NCBI RefSeq assembly: GCF_006345805.1
Contig: NC_043008.1
Location: 57,164,001-57,228,000, forward strand
DNA length: 64,000 nucleotides
Source: Octopus sinensis
Taxonomy: Eukaryota
Direction: 5' to 3'
Part shown: one piece after another, positions 1 to 14,187 of the stretch
Position numbering within the stretch: the first letter of the stretch is position 1
How the letters are laid out: every line of letters begins with the position of its first letter
The notes under the pieces: generated by a model
What the model was told of the DNA's origin: nothing
Database searches by the model: none
The model's input: the letters and a program-made list of their open reading frames with translations, nothing else
Program-made: the position numbers and the translations under genes

Positions 1-523
1 ATACACGGCTTTCGCCGACCATCAAACGGATAACTTTAATCGAGATTTCTGAATTACATCTTGACAATGTAGAACAGATAGAGCGAAGAGGCGTTTCAAA
101 ATACAGGACCTTTGATGTATGTTCATTGAAATACATTAGACGATGATATATTATTAACAAACTACTTGAATTCTACCAGGTTTTGATCGATAATAGTAAA
201 AAGGTTTGGTTAATATATTATATATTTAGACAGAGAATCTGCGGTAGCTTTAACTGGCGCTGGTGTTCTGTAATGAAACTTAAATGAAATCAGTCTGTCA
301 ATAAAGTAGACAGTATATGTATATTATATTGATGTCTCACAGGTTCCTTTCAAAGTGTGATGCTTTACAAATGGCGAGATCAAATGTTTTGGTAAAACAT
401 GACAGAAGATAAATTGAATGAGGTGTATTGTTTGAAGCAGCGCGACAATCCTATTAAAATACATATTTACGCACGCATTCACATATTAATATGCACAGGT
501 GTATACACACATACACACACATA

Positions 524-907
524 TCTCTCTATATATAAACGGCAGTTTGTCTGTGCGTGTTTCTGTGTGTCTGTTTTCTTGTACCCTCACCCTGACCACG
601 GCTTTCAACCGATTCTGATGAGACTTGACACACACATAGCCCAATGTCATAATTCAAAACTAACGTAGCGAAAATTTTGAAAAGTTCCCCCAGTTCTGAA
701 AAAAATCGATAAATTCGACATGGGGTCGAGAATCAGAAAAACAAAAACCGCAAACTGTCTAGGGGGCGCAACTCCACCTTTTTTTACTCTCAAAAAAAAT
801 TTACCATCATTTTTCCCATTTTTTTGATATTTTGGCTATAACTCTCTAAAAAATGCTTTATAGTTATTTCCCTTACAAACCTGAGCAACGCCGGGCGATA
901 CTGCTAG
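524..907 (+). mobile_element. Non-autonomous Helitron (~380 bp)
   Basis: Begins A|TCTCTCTATATATAAAC and ends GAGCAACGCCGGGCGATACTGCTAG|T (TC...CTAG in an A|T target, no TSD). A near-identical reverse-complement copy lies at 34663-35034. Confidence 0.85.
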
Positions 908-1280
908 TTATATATATATATATGAGTATGTGTGCGTGTGTGTATGTATGTATATATGTGTATATATATATATACATATATGTGTTGTATATATATATAT
1001 ATACTTGCATACATTTATTCATACATCATATAAATATATATTAATATATATATATCTATATATATATATATACATGCATACATTTATTCAAACATCATAT
1101 ATATAATATATATATATATGCGTTTTACTTCCGGTATTAGAGTATTATTTTTCCTACCATTGATGTGGTTACTCTGGTGTACCCCTCTCCTTTTCAAGAT
1201 AGTTCGAACAAGTAGGAAGCATGATATTCACATACTTCAATAATAAAGTATATATCCATATACACATACATACAGACACA

Positions 1281-1366
<86 letters not shown>

Positions 1367-1371
1367 TGATA

Positions 1372-1604
1372 GAAATGGTAAGACAACAAAAGAATGAAAG
1401 AGACCTCGATATTATGTAAATAGAGGAATTTATCTGTAAATGTAATATGTGACAATTATTCGGTAGCCATGATAAAACTCCGAGTTTCAGATGTCGGGGT
1501 GGAAATCCAGGCCATCAGCATTTTTCCGATGGCCGTCTGAATTTCTGAAACTCGGAGTTTTATCATGGCTACCGAATAATTGTCACATATTACATTTACA
1601 GATA
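1372..1604. repeat. Penelope-like pLTR-type repeat with inverted duplication
   Basis: 61-bp inverted arms at 1431-1491 and 1544-1604 around a 52-nt spacer. Same family as 61196-61440. The PLE assignment is inferred from the inverted structure. Confidence 0.6.
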
Positions 1605-1964
1605 TATATATATAATCAAACATTCGTACATGAGGTGTCTGTGTGTTGTTAGTTGGTCGGGCGGCTGCCTTTATTTAGGCGTAAGAGAATATATTCTCAA
1701 TGCCCATGGTGTTATAACACCCGAAGGCAATTCACAGCCGAATGAGACAACTCGCATCGATGTATACCTATTCATGTATGCATGTATCTATGCATATATA
1801 TTCCTCAAGATCAACCAAGTTACATATACGAAAATAATAAACAATTAATGTATATATTTATACATTCTTATACAATCTCTGAGTGCTTCCGGTAACTTAA
1901 ATGCTCGAAATACCTGGTTTTAAATTCATCACCAGATAACTAACCTATTCATGGATTTATTTAT

Positions 1965-2345
1965 TTTATTACCCACAAGGGGCTAAATACAAAATAATCC
2001 AATTACAAGACAAACATATACAAAGACAAATTCAAGGAACTTAAAATACAACAGAAGATGAAATATGAATAGAAAAAGTTAAAAGAAACGAATGGTAATA
2101 TGAACAGAGTATAAAATGAGGTGCAATGTCCACTAGATCCCCGAAATCTATGTCTTCAAATGTGGCACCCAGATTAACTTATCTGTCTTTCCTATAAATC
2201 CCAGCGTAGGGTTGTCCTCGGTTGAAGCCAGAACAGCTTCAATCAACCACTGTGTCTTGATTTCTGGTGGCACTCTTGGTATCCTTATTCTGACACTCCA
2301 TCTTCTCCTGTAACCTAGTGATGGATTTCGATTGACATGTGTGTA
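1965..2345 (-). mobile_element. Possible L1/Tx1-like LINE remnant (ORF1-like piece plus 3' UTR)
   Basis: Minus ORF tail RWSVRIRIPRVPPEIKTQWLIEAVL resembles Tx1/L1 ORF1 RRM segments. It is followed by T-rich sequence ending TTTAGCCCCTTGTGGGTAATAAA. Confidence 0.35.
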
Positions 2346-2421
2346 TGTTGTTGTTGCTGTTATTGCTGTTGCTGTTGTTGCTATATGTTGGTAGGATATA
2401 TACATGTAGGATATATATATG

Positions 2422-2472
<51 letters not shown>

Positions 2473-2540
2473 GCGCGTGTGTGTGTGTGTGCGTGTGTGT
2501 GTGTGTGTGTGTGTGCGTGTGTGTGTGTGTCTATCTGTCT

Positions 2541-2760
2541 GTCTGTTTCTGTTTGTCGCCACCACCGCTTGACAACCGGTGGTGGCATGTTTATGCCCCC
2601 GTAACGTAGCGGTTCGTCAAATAAGATCGATAGGATAAGTAATAGACTTTAAAAAATTATAAGTCTTTGGGTGGATTTTTTCGACTAAAATCCTTCAAGG
2701 TGGTGCCCCAGCATAGCCGCAGTCAAATGACTGAACCGTGTAAAAGATAAATGATAAAGA
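2541..2760 (+). mobile_element. SINE family A, 3' half
   Basis: CGCTTGACAACCG...GGTGCCCCAGCATAGCCGCAGTCAAATGACTGAA followed by an (AAAGAT)-like tail; matches the 3' half of the full copies at 13881-14352 and 62113-62527. Confidence 0.85.
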
Positions 2761-3892
2761 TATTTTCTAAGTTCGTAACACTTGTGTCTCAAATATGAAA
2801 CGATATCCACTTTATTCTTCTCTCTTGTGTAAATCACTACAGAATGACAGCTGATCAGAATATATAGTTTTGTTAGTGGAAGACAGTGATTTTCAGACGG
2901 CGATACACGTCTATAGAGTTATTAACTGTGCGAGACAATGAACACAGCGTCACATAAAGCGATAGTTTTTCAGTCTCTCTAATAATGACTTAATGCTCCG
3001 TCGGTCAGCAGAATGAGTCTCTTTAGACGCTGTTTGGAGACTGATTTGACACGACTTTAATTCTTTTGTTCTATTACTTATTTCAGTTATTGGACTGCGG
3101 TCACGCTGGGACAGATAAGACTCACCCCTTTGCTTCTAATAACAATCCAGCATACTACTGACTCTACCATAGACTTCTACAATAACCCAATATTCTATCG
3201 AATTTCTCAATAGCTTTCTAATGAGAATCCACTGTTTATATACTTTACTGCTATCCTCAGCAAAGATTTTTAATATTAATTAAAGATAGTTAAATAGACA
3301 GATTCGTTCCAAATTGTTATTGTTTTCAATAAATATAGATTCTTTTATTTCCTTTGAAGAATCTTTGCCAAACTACACAAGTCAGGACATTATTTATATT
3401 TTTTTAGTATTACTTAATATAAGTAGCAGAATATTTTTATTTTTCTTATCACACCCTTCTCTTTCTTTTTACCATTTTGTTTGCACTTTCCAGTCTATCT
3501 TTTAATTACTATATTTAGATCAATTATGCAAAGGCAAGCCCAGCATTTCTTCAATATTTCCACGTCGGTCGCATCATTGCTTTCATCTTTTAATCAACCT
3601 AATTTCAGTGCAACCTAAATTTCAAAAAATGATGAATCAAAATCTAAATAGCTATAGGCCATCAATCAAATTATATATGTGGGCTTCTTCCTAATTAACA
3701 AATCTTACTGCTATCAGTTTTATTTCAAACTATTTCTCGTCAGAACAGTTTCTCATTTAACTGATCGCCATAATAAGTGTAATTACTACAAGTGTTTGAG
3801 TGATTAAGAACGAGATGTAATTAAAACTAGAACACATATACCTGATACGCTAAAATGTGTAGACAGACCGACACGCAGAAAATATATACATG

Positions 3893-3893
3893 C

Positions 3894-3938
<45 letters not shown>

Positions 3939-4556
3939 TGTGTATGTGTGTGTGTGTGCATGTGTGAGTGTGTGTGTGTGTGTGCATGTGTGGGTTAATG
4001 TGTGAGTGTGTGTGTGAATGTGAATGCGTCGAAGCATACAGAGGCTTGTAAACACAGAGAAGACACCGACGCACGCATTCACCCGCCACACACACACACA
4101 CACGCACACATGCACACAATCGTGCACATACACACACACACACATTGGTACTTACAAGAGTACCTATATGCGCGTACACATACTCATATATATATACACG
4201 CATATATACATATGTATCAATATATGTGTATATATATGCATATGTGTGAGGGAGAGAGAGAAATAGATACATATACAGATATATATAGATAGATAACATA
4301 TTTATATTGAACATACATATACACACATTTATACATAATATATATATATATATATCTATATATATATATATATATAATATATATATAGGCACATATATAT
4401 ATATAAATATGTATACTATATATATATAGAGAGAGAGAGAAGAGAGATACATACATATATACGCATATATATACGTCAATATTATATATATATATAATAT
4501 ATATATATATATATACACACACGAATGTGTGTGTATTTATGTCTGTGTGCGTGTAC

Positions 4557-4588
<32 letters not shown>

Positions 4589-4640
4589 GTTTGTTGGTGT
4601 GTGTGCGTGTGTCTGTGTGTGTTATAGATATAAATATGGA
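3893..4640. repeat. Compound (TG)n/(CA)n/(TA)n microsatellite block
   Basis: Directly visible dinucleotide arrays. Confidence 0.95.
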
Positions 4641-4849
4641 TACATACACATACATTTCATATATTTTCACATATATGGAAACAAGTGTGTTTATTTAGGG
4701 TCCCTGCTATGAATAACATTCAAACAATACGTCCGGAGGTATCTCAGAATATTCTTTTGCTTACCATTGGTTAATTGTGACCTATGTCAATTGTCACATG
4801 ACATGATATTCACATGTACGTGTAAGATGTTCTCTCTCCTGTGTGGTGT

Positions 4850-5700
4850 ATATGAAGCAGCTTATTTTCGCGTCTGAATTTCGAAATAAGTTAAGATTTT
4901 TTCATCGGTATCTCAGACGGCTGTATAATCATATATTTTTCAGCCAACAAAGGCAAGCGTCATTTTTTGTCCGTTGACATAAGGAAAATGTTTGGGTAAA
5001 AACAAATCAGAATTTTACGATACTGTCGAATCACTCTTCCTTGATTTTCCAGATATATTGCCGAAAGTAGAGTGTCATTTATTTCTATATCTGAAGGAGT
5101 AGAAGTACCAGCAACACATTCTCTTCACTATCACTACAGTATATATTTCGTTATTACAAGTTCCCGGTAACACCTTCGATTTGTTGTTGCATGTGTTAGG
5201 CACTTGCTGTGTTGTCAGAATATGGCGGTTTTTCAGCCGCATTCAATAGGAAGTGTTTGCTAAGCTTACAAGTGTTACTGTTTCTATTACTTCCAGCTAC
5301 AAAAGTGGAAACATTGTCCTTGCATTTATAACTGACTTTTACATTACTTTCATTGAACAACATGTGTGGGTTGTAATTGATGGAGATTGTTTGTTTGTCA
5401 GTGTTAGCAAGTATCTAGCTATGTTGCATGCTTCATTTATACTGAACATTCGCCCTACGTTTCTATTAATGTTATTCAGATTTATACATTGGCATCTATT
5501 GTAATTATTTTTTTCTATGGATCTGCCTTCTTTTATGAAACACTGCTATAAAGCCTATCACAGCTGAATGCTTCTTTGTCGAAGAATATGCTGGATAATC
5601 TCTTACAAATGTTACTACCAAGAGTTTTACGATTGTAGAGATGCTGATTGGAATTGCTATTCAGGTAGAATAGATTTTCGTTGTCTTATTGTGGTATCTA
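4850..5700 (-). pseudogene. Decayed Penelope-like element ORF, C-terminal part (post-RT linker and GIY-YIG endonuclease region)
   Basis: Manual translation across stops and frameshifts gives IARYLLTLTNKQSP / HMLFNESNVKVSYKC (~5321-5360), SKCLT, SFRYRNK, RQYIWKIKE (~5040-5060), CLCWLKKYMI and LISKFRRENK (~4861-4890). These match the PLE pattern FN.NTVKVSYSC ... YIW.LK ... C.LC..EK..I ... ELISKCRH.NK. Confidence 0.7.
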
Positions 5701-6259
5701 CGAGTATTTACGTCTAAATTAATAGCAAAGAAGAATACAATACATGTGCTGGTTCTAAGAGGATGAAAGGCTCCAGTTCGCTTTTCATCCGACTGTAATC
5801 AATATAAGAGCTTATCTAATTGGCTGTACGAATACCGCTAAAAGAATTTGTAATACTGTGTACTTTGACAGAGATCTGCTTGCTATTTCTAGTATACAAA
5901 AAAAACTTACATGTTTTTTAGTAGGCTCTAATATATACGGGTAATATGCTACTGTTGATTCCACTTATAGCTTCTCGTGTCAATGTAAATGTCAAACGAA
6001 ATTATTCGGGAATTAAATATTTCTATACGTGCCATTTTTCAAGCTAAACGTTTTCTTTGGCATATGTGCGCCTTGGTCGTCACACGCACACACACACACA
6101 CAAACACACAAACACACACAAATTTATAAATATATATCTATGTGTGTGTCTGAGTGTGCGTGTGTGCGTCCGTGCGTTTGTGTATGTGTAATATACTTTT
6201 CATGAGGTATTGTCTGATAATAAATTGATACACACATACATATATATATACATCCATCC

Positions 6260-6306
<47 letters not shown>

Positions 6307-6614
6307 TATATATATATGTATGTAATAATATATATAGAGGGTTTTTAGAGGTGATGGATCAGGTATTATATATTAGAAAAAAGGTACTCAGAAAACTTGA
6401 TGGTTGTACATTTACAGATTTTTATTAATATGTCACGTTTTTATAAATCACATATTAGCGCTTGCATCTACTCTAGTGAATTCTTCAGTTTTGAATTTTT
6501 TGAGATTCGTCTCTTTTTATAGTATTATTGAGTGTGTAGGGGTGGAGAGAGATATAGGATAGTAAAAGAGGGTGAGGAATGAGGAGAAAGGGAGAGACTT
6601 TGTGTGTGTGTGTG

Positions 6615-6645
<31 letters not shown>

Positions 6646-6689
6646 TTCACCGCGCAACCGCAGTTTCAGTCGGCAGCAAATGAGAAATG

Positions 6690-6789
6690 NNNNNNNNNNN
6701 NNNNNNNNNNNNNNNNNNNNNNNNNNNNNNNNNNNNNNNNNNNNNNNNNNNNNNNNNNNNNNNNNNNNNNNNNNNNNNNNNNNNNNNNN
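6690..6789. other. Assembly gap (100 N)
   Basis: Run of N; the true length is unknown. Confidence 1.
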
Positions 6790-6824
6790 TTGGTAGACGG
6801 AAACTGAAAGAAGCTTGTCATTTA

Positions 6825-6887
<63 letters not shown>

Positions 6888-7119
6888 GTTATCTATGTGT
6901 GTGTGTGTGTGTATTTGTGTGTCTGTGTTTGTCCCCCAAACATCGCTTGACAACCGATGCTGGTTTGTTTACGTCCCCGTAACTTAGCGGTTCGGCAAAA
7001 AGAGACCGATAAAATAAGTATTAGGAGTACAAAGAATAAGTCCTGGGGTCAATTTCGTCGACTAAAGGCGGTGTTCCAGCATGGCCACAGTCAAATGACT
7101 GAAACAAGTAAAAGAGTAA
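6790..7119 (+). mobile_element. SINE family A, 5'-truncated by the gap
   Basis: TGGTAGACGGAAACTGAAAGAAGC, internal (TA)n(TG)n, and tail GGCGGTGTTCCAGCATGGCCACAGTCAAATGACTGAAACAAGTAAAAGAG. Confidence 0.9.
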
Positions 7120-7120
7120 T

Positions 7121-8604
7121 GGATAGATTATAGGAAAGCCACACTCATAGATAAGTTAATGTCAGAGTATATTCAGTATATCAGACAACATAAGAGAATT
7201 AATTAGCTTTAGCATGAAGAAATGGAAAGTAGATATCTGCTCAGGTGACACACTCTTAGGGAAGGTTAATATCAAAAAAGGAATTTTCCAAGGGGACTCG
7301 TTGCCTCCTTTAATATTTGTCTTATTTCTGATCCTCCTCAGTTTAGCATTAAGAAAGGCAAAGGCAGAGTATCAGTTCAGAAATAAGGGGAAAATTAACC
7401 ATTTGCTCTACATGGACGATCTGAAGTTTTTCAGTAAGAATGAAAAAGAGATAGATTCCTTAATGCAGACTGTAAGACTCTTTAGCAAAGAAAAAGGCAT
7501 AGAATTTGGCATAGATAAGTGTGCACTAATAGTCATGAGAAGGATACAGGTAGTCAACAGCGAAGTCATCCAATTACCAGATGGAGAGACATTAAAATTA
7601 TTAAAAGGAGGAGAGAGTTATGAGTATGTAGGAGTATTAGAAGATGACAAAGTACTAACTATAGAAATGAAAACGAAAATTGAGAAGGAGTACATCAGAA
7701 GGGCGAGGAAGCTAATGAAGTCAAAGCTCAATGGCCCGAATCTAGTGAAAGCTGTAGATACTCATGCAGTATCATTACTTAGATCCTCCGCAGCTTTTAT
7801 AGATTGGACAAAAACTGAATTAGCAAAGCTAGACAGAAAAAACTAAGAAGGAATTCAATATGAATGGAAGACTCAATCCAAGGGCAGGAATACCTACCTA
7901 GAAAAGAATGAGGAAGAGGGTTAATATTAGTAGAGAACTGTGTGGAGTTAGCTAGAGTAGATATAGACTCCTACGTAATAGTGAGAAAGTTTATTAAAAA
8001 CTATTAGAGCCACAGCAAGACATAAGGAAACCAAAAACACAAACGATGTTGAAAACAGAAAAGAGAATTGACTGGCAAGAGAAAGCGTTGCATGCTAGAT
8101 TCCTAAAGATAGTTGCAGAAAATAGTAGTAATGTGACAAGGTCATGGTTGCAGAAGGGAAAGTTGAAATGGGAGACATAGAGTATGTTAGTAGCTGCACG
8201 AGATCAAACATTAAGGACTATTTGGAGAAAAAAGATAGACAAAAACCAAGTAGATTCCTAATGTAGGTTATGCAAGACAAAAGAGGAAAGCGTTACTCAT
8301 ATAGTAAGCGAATGCACTATGCTAACACAGAAAGAATATAAGAAAAGACATGACAATGTAGGAAGAGTAATCCACTGGGAGTTATGTAGACAGCTAGAAA
8401 TTTGAATGTACTGATCAATGGTATGAACATGAACCTAGTAAAGTACTAGAAAATAAAAGGAATACAAGATGTTGTGGGATTTTAACATTTAGACTGACAG
8501 AGTAATAGAAGATAGAAGGCCTGATATAATAGTAGTAGACAAAGAGAAAAGAAAACTCCAGCTAATTGACTTTACACTCCCAAATGATGAAAAAGATCAA
8601 TAAG
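7121..8604 (+). mobile_element. R4/Dong-clade non-LTR retrotransposon, 5'-truncated and decayed (RT plus restriction-like endonuclease)
   Basis: ORF 7214-7846 carries IKKGIFQGDSL, INHLLYMDDLK, GIEFGIDKCA and YEYVGVLE. Downstream broken frames give CRLCK..E...HIVSEC, EYKKRHDNV..VIHWELC and RRPDIIVVDK..DF..PND. Confidence 0.9.
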
Positions 8605-8712
8605 CAAGATATAGAAATAATATGAAAATAATAATAATATAATAATAATAATATAATAAATAATAATAATAATATAATAATAATAATAATAATACTAAAA
8701 TAAATAAATAAA

Positions 8713-8762
<50 letters not shown>

Positions 8763-8772
8763 TAATAATAAG

Positions 8773-9155
8773 TAAATATAAGGACCTGGAAATCGAAATA
8801 CAAAAGATGTGGAATCTTAAAACAAAAACTGTTCCTGTTATTGTAGGTGCCCTAGGTATGATAAAAAAGGGATGTCAGAAACACCTAGACAATATCCCTG
8901 GAGAACCATGTCTCAAGGAAATCCAAAAGATTGTGCTAACAAGTACTGCCCACATCCTTAGAAAACCCTATCAATGTAAATGTTTGTGTTTTGTATACAT
9001 GGAGATATTTCTCTACTTCCCCTCCCCAAGCTTTCAGCTATATTTCAACAACTCTTAACCTTCACTTGCCCTAGGGCGTTGGGTGTGCCCTGGCAAGTGA
9101 TTGCATCAAACATGCAGATTAAAAGTAAACGACAATAAAACAATAATAATAATAA

Positions 9156-9186
<31 letters not shown>

Positions 9187-9190
9187 TAAT
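8773..9190 (+). mobile_element. R4/Dong 3' end (second subfamily) with (AAT)n tail
   Basis: KYKDLEIEIQKMWNLKTKTVPVIVGALGMIKKG...EIQKIVLTSTAHILRK, then 3' UTR and (AAT)n; it also starts inside an (AAT)n array. Confidence 0.85.
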
Positions 9191-9323
9191 AATAATTCTT
9201 TGTTTATTGGCGACAAGGGCCCAACGCAAAACATATAGGGACATTATAAAACAAGGAACAAGTGGAGTTTGGCACTATGTCATGTATACAATAAATAACA
9301 AAAACAGGTAACAAAACAATTAA

Positions 9324-9436
9324 ACAATAAAGAAGAAGAAGAAGAAGAAGAAGAAGAAGAAGAAGAAGAAGAAGAAGAAGAAGAAGAAGAAGAAGAAGAA
9401 GAAGAAGAAGAAGAAGAAGAAAAAGAAGAAGAAGAA
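9324..9436 (+). repeat. (GAA)n microsatellite
   Basis: Directly visible. Confidence 0.95.
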
Positions 9437-9645
9437 GCGAGGTTTCAAAACTTTGGCAAAATACCAGTAATGTCGGGGAAAGAGTAAGTCTATTACATCT
9501 ATCTCAGTGCACAACTGGTATTTATTTTATCTGCTCCCGATTTTTTTTTGCGGAACTTGAACTTAAAACGTAAATGCCGCTAACGTTTCTGCCAGCTCTC
9601 CGCTTTGATAATAACAACAATAACAACAAGAACAACAACAACTAC

Positions 9646-9716
<71 letters not shown>

Positions 9717-9999
9717 ACATATTTTTACTGCTAGACTACCTTTGATCACACGTCTGCTTCATCAGTAGTGACTGGAAGCTAAACAAGGTATAACACTATC
9801 ATTACTTATTTCACCACACACCCACGTACACGCACACACATACACACACACATACACACACTCATACACACACACACACACACACATATAAACTGGAACA
9901 TTAATAAGTGTCTACTAATTTCAAATCTACCAAGACCACACAAAAAAAACATCAAAGAAACATCGAGAAAGTATGTCGAGTAAACATTAATTAATGCAT

Positions 10000-10985
<986 letters not shown>

Positions 10986-11416
10986 ATCATGTTTACATAG
11001 CGTCTTTTATAAATGGCGACTGTTTACGTCGGTGTTTCATCGTTACTTCCGTCTCTTGAGATGAATTATCAAGAAGACTTCGAAGTAAGCAAGCATTATT
11101 TAAAATAATTGTTATTTTTACTTCGTTGCCTTTATTGTATATTCTATTCAGTGCAAGACGACGAGTGCACTTCAGTATTTAACACTATAAAACAAGCAAT
11201 TACGGCTGCGTGGTATGAAGTTTGCTGCCCAACCACGCGATTTCAGGTTCGGTTCCACTCCATCGCACATTGGCCAAAAGTGACTTCTGTTATAGCCCTA
11301 GGCCTTCCAAAATCATTTTAGTTGATTTTTTGAACAGGAACTAAAAAATGCCCGTCATACATACATACATACATACATACATACATACATACATACATAC
11401 ATACTTACATACATAT

Positions 11417-11727
11417 ATCACCGTGATCACCGTGACCGACCAGGCTATCAGATGTTGCTACACATCGCTGGTCACAATGCTTTTCGCATTGTTTTAGCCT
11501 TTAAATGACACCACCCCGCTGGCTAAACAAGCAGGCCAACAGAAAAAAGAGCGAGAGAAAGTTGTGGCGAAAGAGTACAGCAGGGATCGCCACCACCTTC
11601 CCCTGCCGGAGCCTCGTGGAGCTTTTGGGTGTTTTCGCTCAATAAACACTCACAACGCCCGGTCTTGAAACCGCGATCCTACAACCGCGAGTCCGCTGCC
11701 CTAACCACTGGGCCATTGCGCCTCCAC
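11417..11727 (-). mobile_element. SINE family B (tRNA-like head GGAGGCGCAATGGCCCAGTGGTTAGG), tail type 1
   Basis: Pol III A-box TGGCCCAGTGG and B-box-like GGTTTC. Body shared with copies at 31741, 32781, 33527, 37798 and 44339; tail ...CATCTGATAGCCTGGTCGGTCACGGTGATCACGGTGAT. Resembles published octopus OR-type SINEs (name not verified). Confidence 0.85.
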
Positions 11728-11951
11728 ATATATATAATAATAAATAAATGCTCCCTTTTAAAGCCTAGCCAGGCTCATGGGCCCGGTTTGTTGATTTCAA
11801 TGATTTCCTCAGTCTGTGGTGTTTCACATCACCAATCTTGTAATGCGCATAAGAAATGATGCATCATTGCACAAACTGATCCCCATGTCTTTCACTGCCT
11901 GTGACACTGGGATAGCACCATCTTTTAGATACCTTTAATTATAATTTTATA

Positions 11952-12019
<68 letters not shown>

Positions 12020-12245
12020 TAGATAGATAGATTTATTTGTATACACGCACGCTTACATACATATACGTAGATATACACACACATATATGCACACATACAT
12101 AAATTTTCTTATGTCTATTCGCATATATGTACACATAGATACACGCATATACACTTATATGCTGACAACATATTCATCGCTGTAGGTGCCACTTATATAA
12201 ACATATGTATATACATACATACATACATACACACACACACACGCA

Positions 12246-12306
<61 letters not shown>

Positions 12307-12604
12307 ATATTTATCATATACATATATGATATATATATATAATATAATATAAATGATATACACCCACACAAATATGTATATATATATGTGTGTGTGTGTG
12401 TGTGTATTCATCATATATGCCTACATATATGTATATATATACACATAGGCAAATATTTAAACTTGCACGCACTTATAAAGGAACATAGTAATCGGCGATA
12501 ATAAAATGAACGAGATATAATAAATAATACATGATAATTAATAGGTAACATAAAATTGGAATGAAAAGGTAAGGACGAGAAAAGGAACATAAATTTCTGT
12601 CACA

Positions 12605-13551
12605 CTAGCAGAATTACCCGGCGTTGCCCGAGTTAAAGAGAATAAGGAAACTTAAAGACGCCGTCTAGATTACGCAGGTCTCAACTGCTACTAGATGATA
12701 TACCAGCTTTCTACATTTATAACTCTCCAACCCATGCCAGCATGGAACATAGACGTTAAGTGAAATGGTAAAAGAAAGTTTTCAACTTATATATGTAAAT
12801 AAAATATACAAATAATTCACAAACACGTTTTTTCTAGCTTATTTCGTAACCAAAAAACAGGTACAGATTATAAACAAAGAAAGGCCGATTTTGGTGATTC
12901 ATTTGACAGACGTAGTAGAGAGCCAATCCGATGATAAATCTGACCTTGGACCTTGAAAGTTTGCATGAATCCTAGCTTAGTTAAATCTCTTGTGGCTCCA
13001 AATGATGTCATCTGTATTGCAGCGTTGTATTGTCAAATTTTGTTTTGGAAGTGCTTGTAATCTTGGTCAGTTGATGACAACAGTTTCTTTAGTGGAGATT
13101 GGGGATTGCAGGAGGGTTAACCTTTCCACCACTGCAGCACTGTGCAGGTGTCCTTCCTGGCCACTTTCTTGCTTTACAATGTATGCACTCAATTGTCATC
13201 GCACCAATGTCATCCGCATAATGAACTGCTGGATCATAATTGAAAGCTGCTTCATAGAAATTGCTTCTCTGAGCTGCTGCAACTGCTCTTCGTTCTGCAA
13301 TGGAGATGCTATTCCTTGTCAGCCGTGCATAGCTCTGTTCATTACTTTGAGATGCTCTGGCTTCTGTAGGGCACAGGCTGTTCGTTTCTTGGTAATCTTC
13401 CCTTTCTGCAGTTGCCTCTCTTTCCCTAGACAGAGACATTCTTTTGGCTGACCTTGACGTTGTAGACAAATTTGACACTTTCCTTCTAGCCATGGTTATA
13501 TACATATACAGAAATACACGGAAACTAGTATAAATATGGGTTATATAGAGA
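12605..13551 (-). mobile_element. Internally deleted Helitron retaining the N-terminus of RepHel
   Basis: 5' TCTCTATATAA and 3' GGGCAACGCCGGGTAATTCTGCTAG|T. ORF 13089-13505 has IGAMTIECIHCKARKW...CCSGGKV. After a frameshift it continues QYNAAIQMTSFGA and GFMQTFKVQGQIYHRIGSLL (~12900-13020), which are hallmark Helitron N-terminal motifs. Confidence 0.9.
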
Positions 13552-13639
13552 GTGTTCCCGTATTATATAACAGGCTTGTGGAATGTGAAAGTATGTGAAA
13601 GTACGCCTAACTTTATACAAACAGCGTAATCTTAGTTCT

Positions 13640-14092
13640 GTAGCTTCAGAAATAAATCTCTCTGTCTTCTTAGCAACGCCTTTTTAACTAATAGTATTGT
13701 ATACAAGTTGGTGTAACTGAAACAAATACGTTTACCTATACAGGTTCAACAGCTTGTGACACCAAAAACCGAGTTTATAATCAAACTTCTTCCTTTAGAA
13801 ATAGGAATAACTGATGGAAAATGTTACCTGGATTCCTAAAGATCTCATATAATGCAGCACAACAAAGTGTACACTCATATACTCTCTTTTACTCTTTTAC
13901 TTGTTTCAGCTGACTGCGGCCATGCTGGAGCACCGCCTTTCATCGAGCAACTCGGCCCCACGACTTATTCTTTGTAAGCCCAGTACTTATTCTATCGGTC
14001 TCTTTTGCCGAACCGCTAAGTGACGGGGACATAAACACACCAGCATCGGTTGTCAAGCAATGCTAGGGGGACAAACACAAACACACAAACAT

Positions 14093-14187
<95 letters not shown>

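Noticed and set aside
343-391. 49-nt exon-like segment (SFQSVMLYKWRDQMF, faintly EPTP-like)
   Set aside because: Weak donor (GTAAAA); too short to distinguish from chance.
5253-5504. Hydrophobic plus-strand ORF suggesting a membrane protein
   Set aside because: It is the antisense of the Penelope-like relic.
6440-6505. CTGAAGA-containing pLTR-like segment on the minus strand
   Set aside because: Helix II does not close and GAAA is absent, so a hammerhead is not supportable.
11700-11727. tRNA-like sequences at SINE heads (also 14300-14352, 31741-31810, 38130-38185)
   Set aside because: They have A/B boxes but no complete cloverleaf and run into SINE bodies; not tRNA genes.
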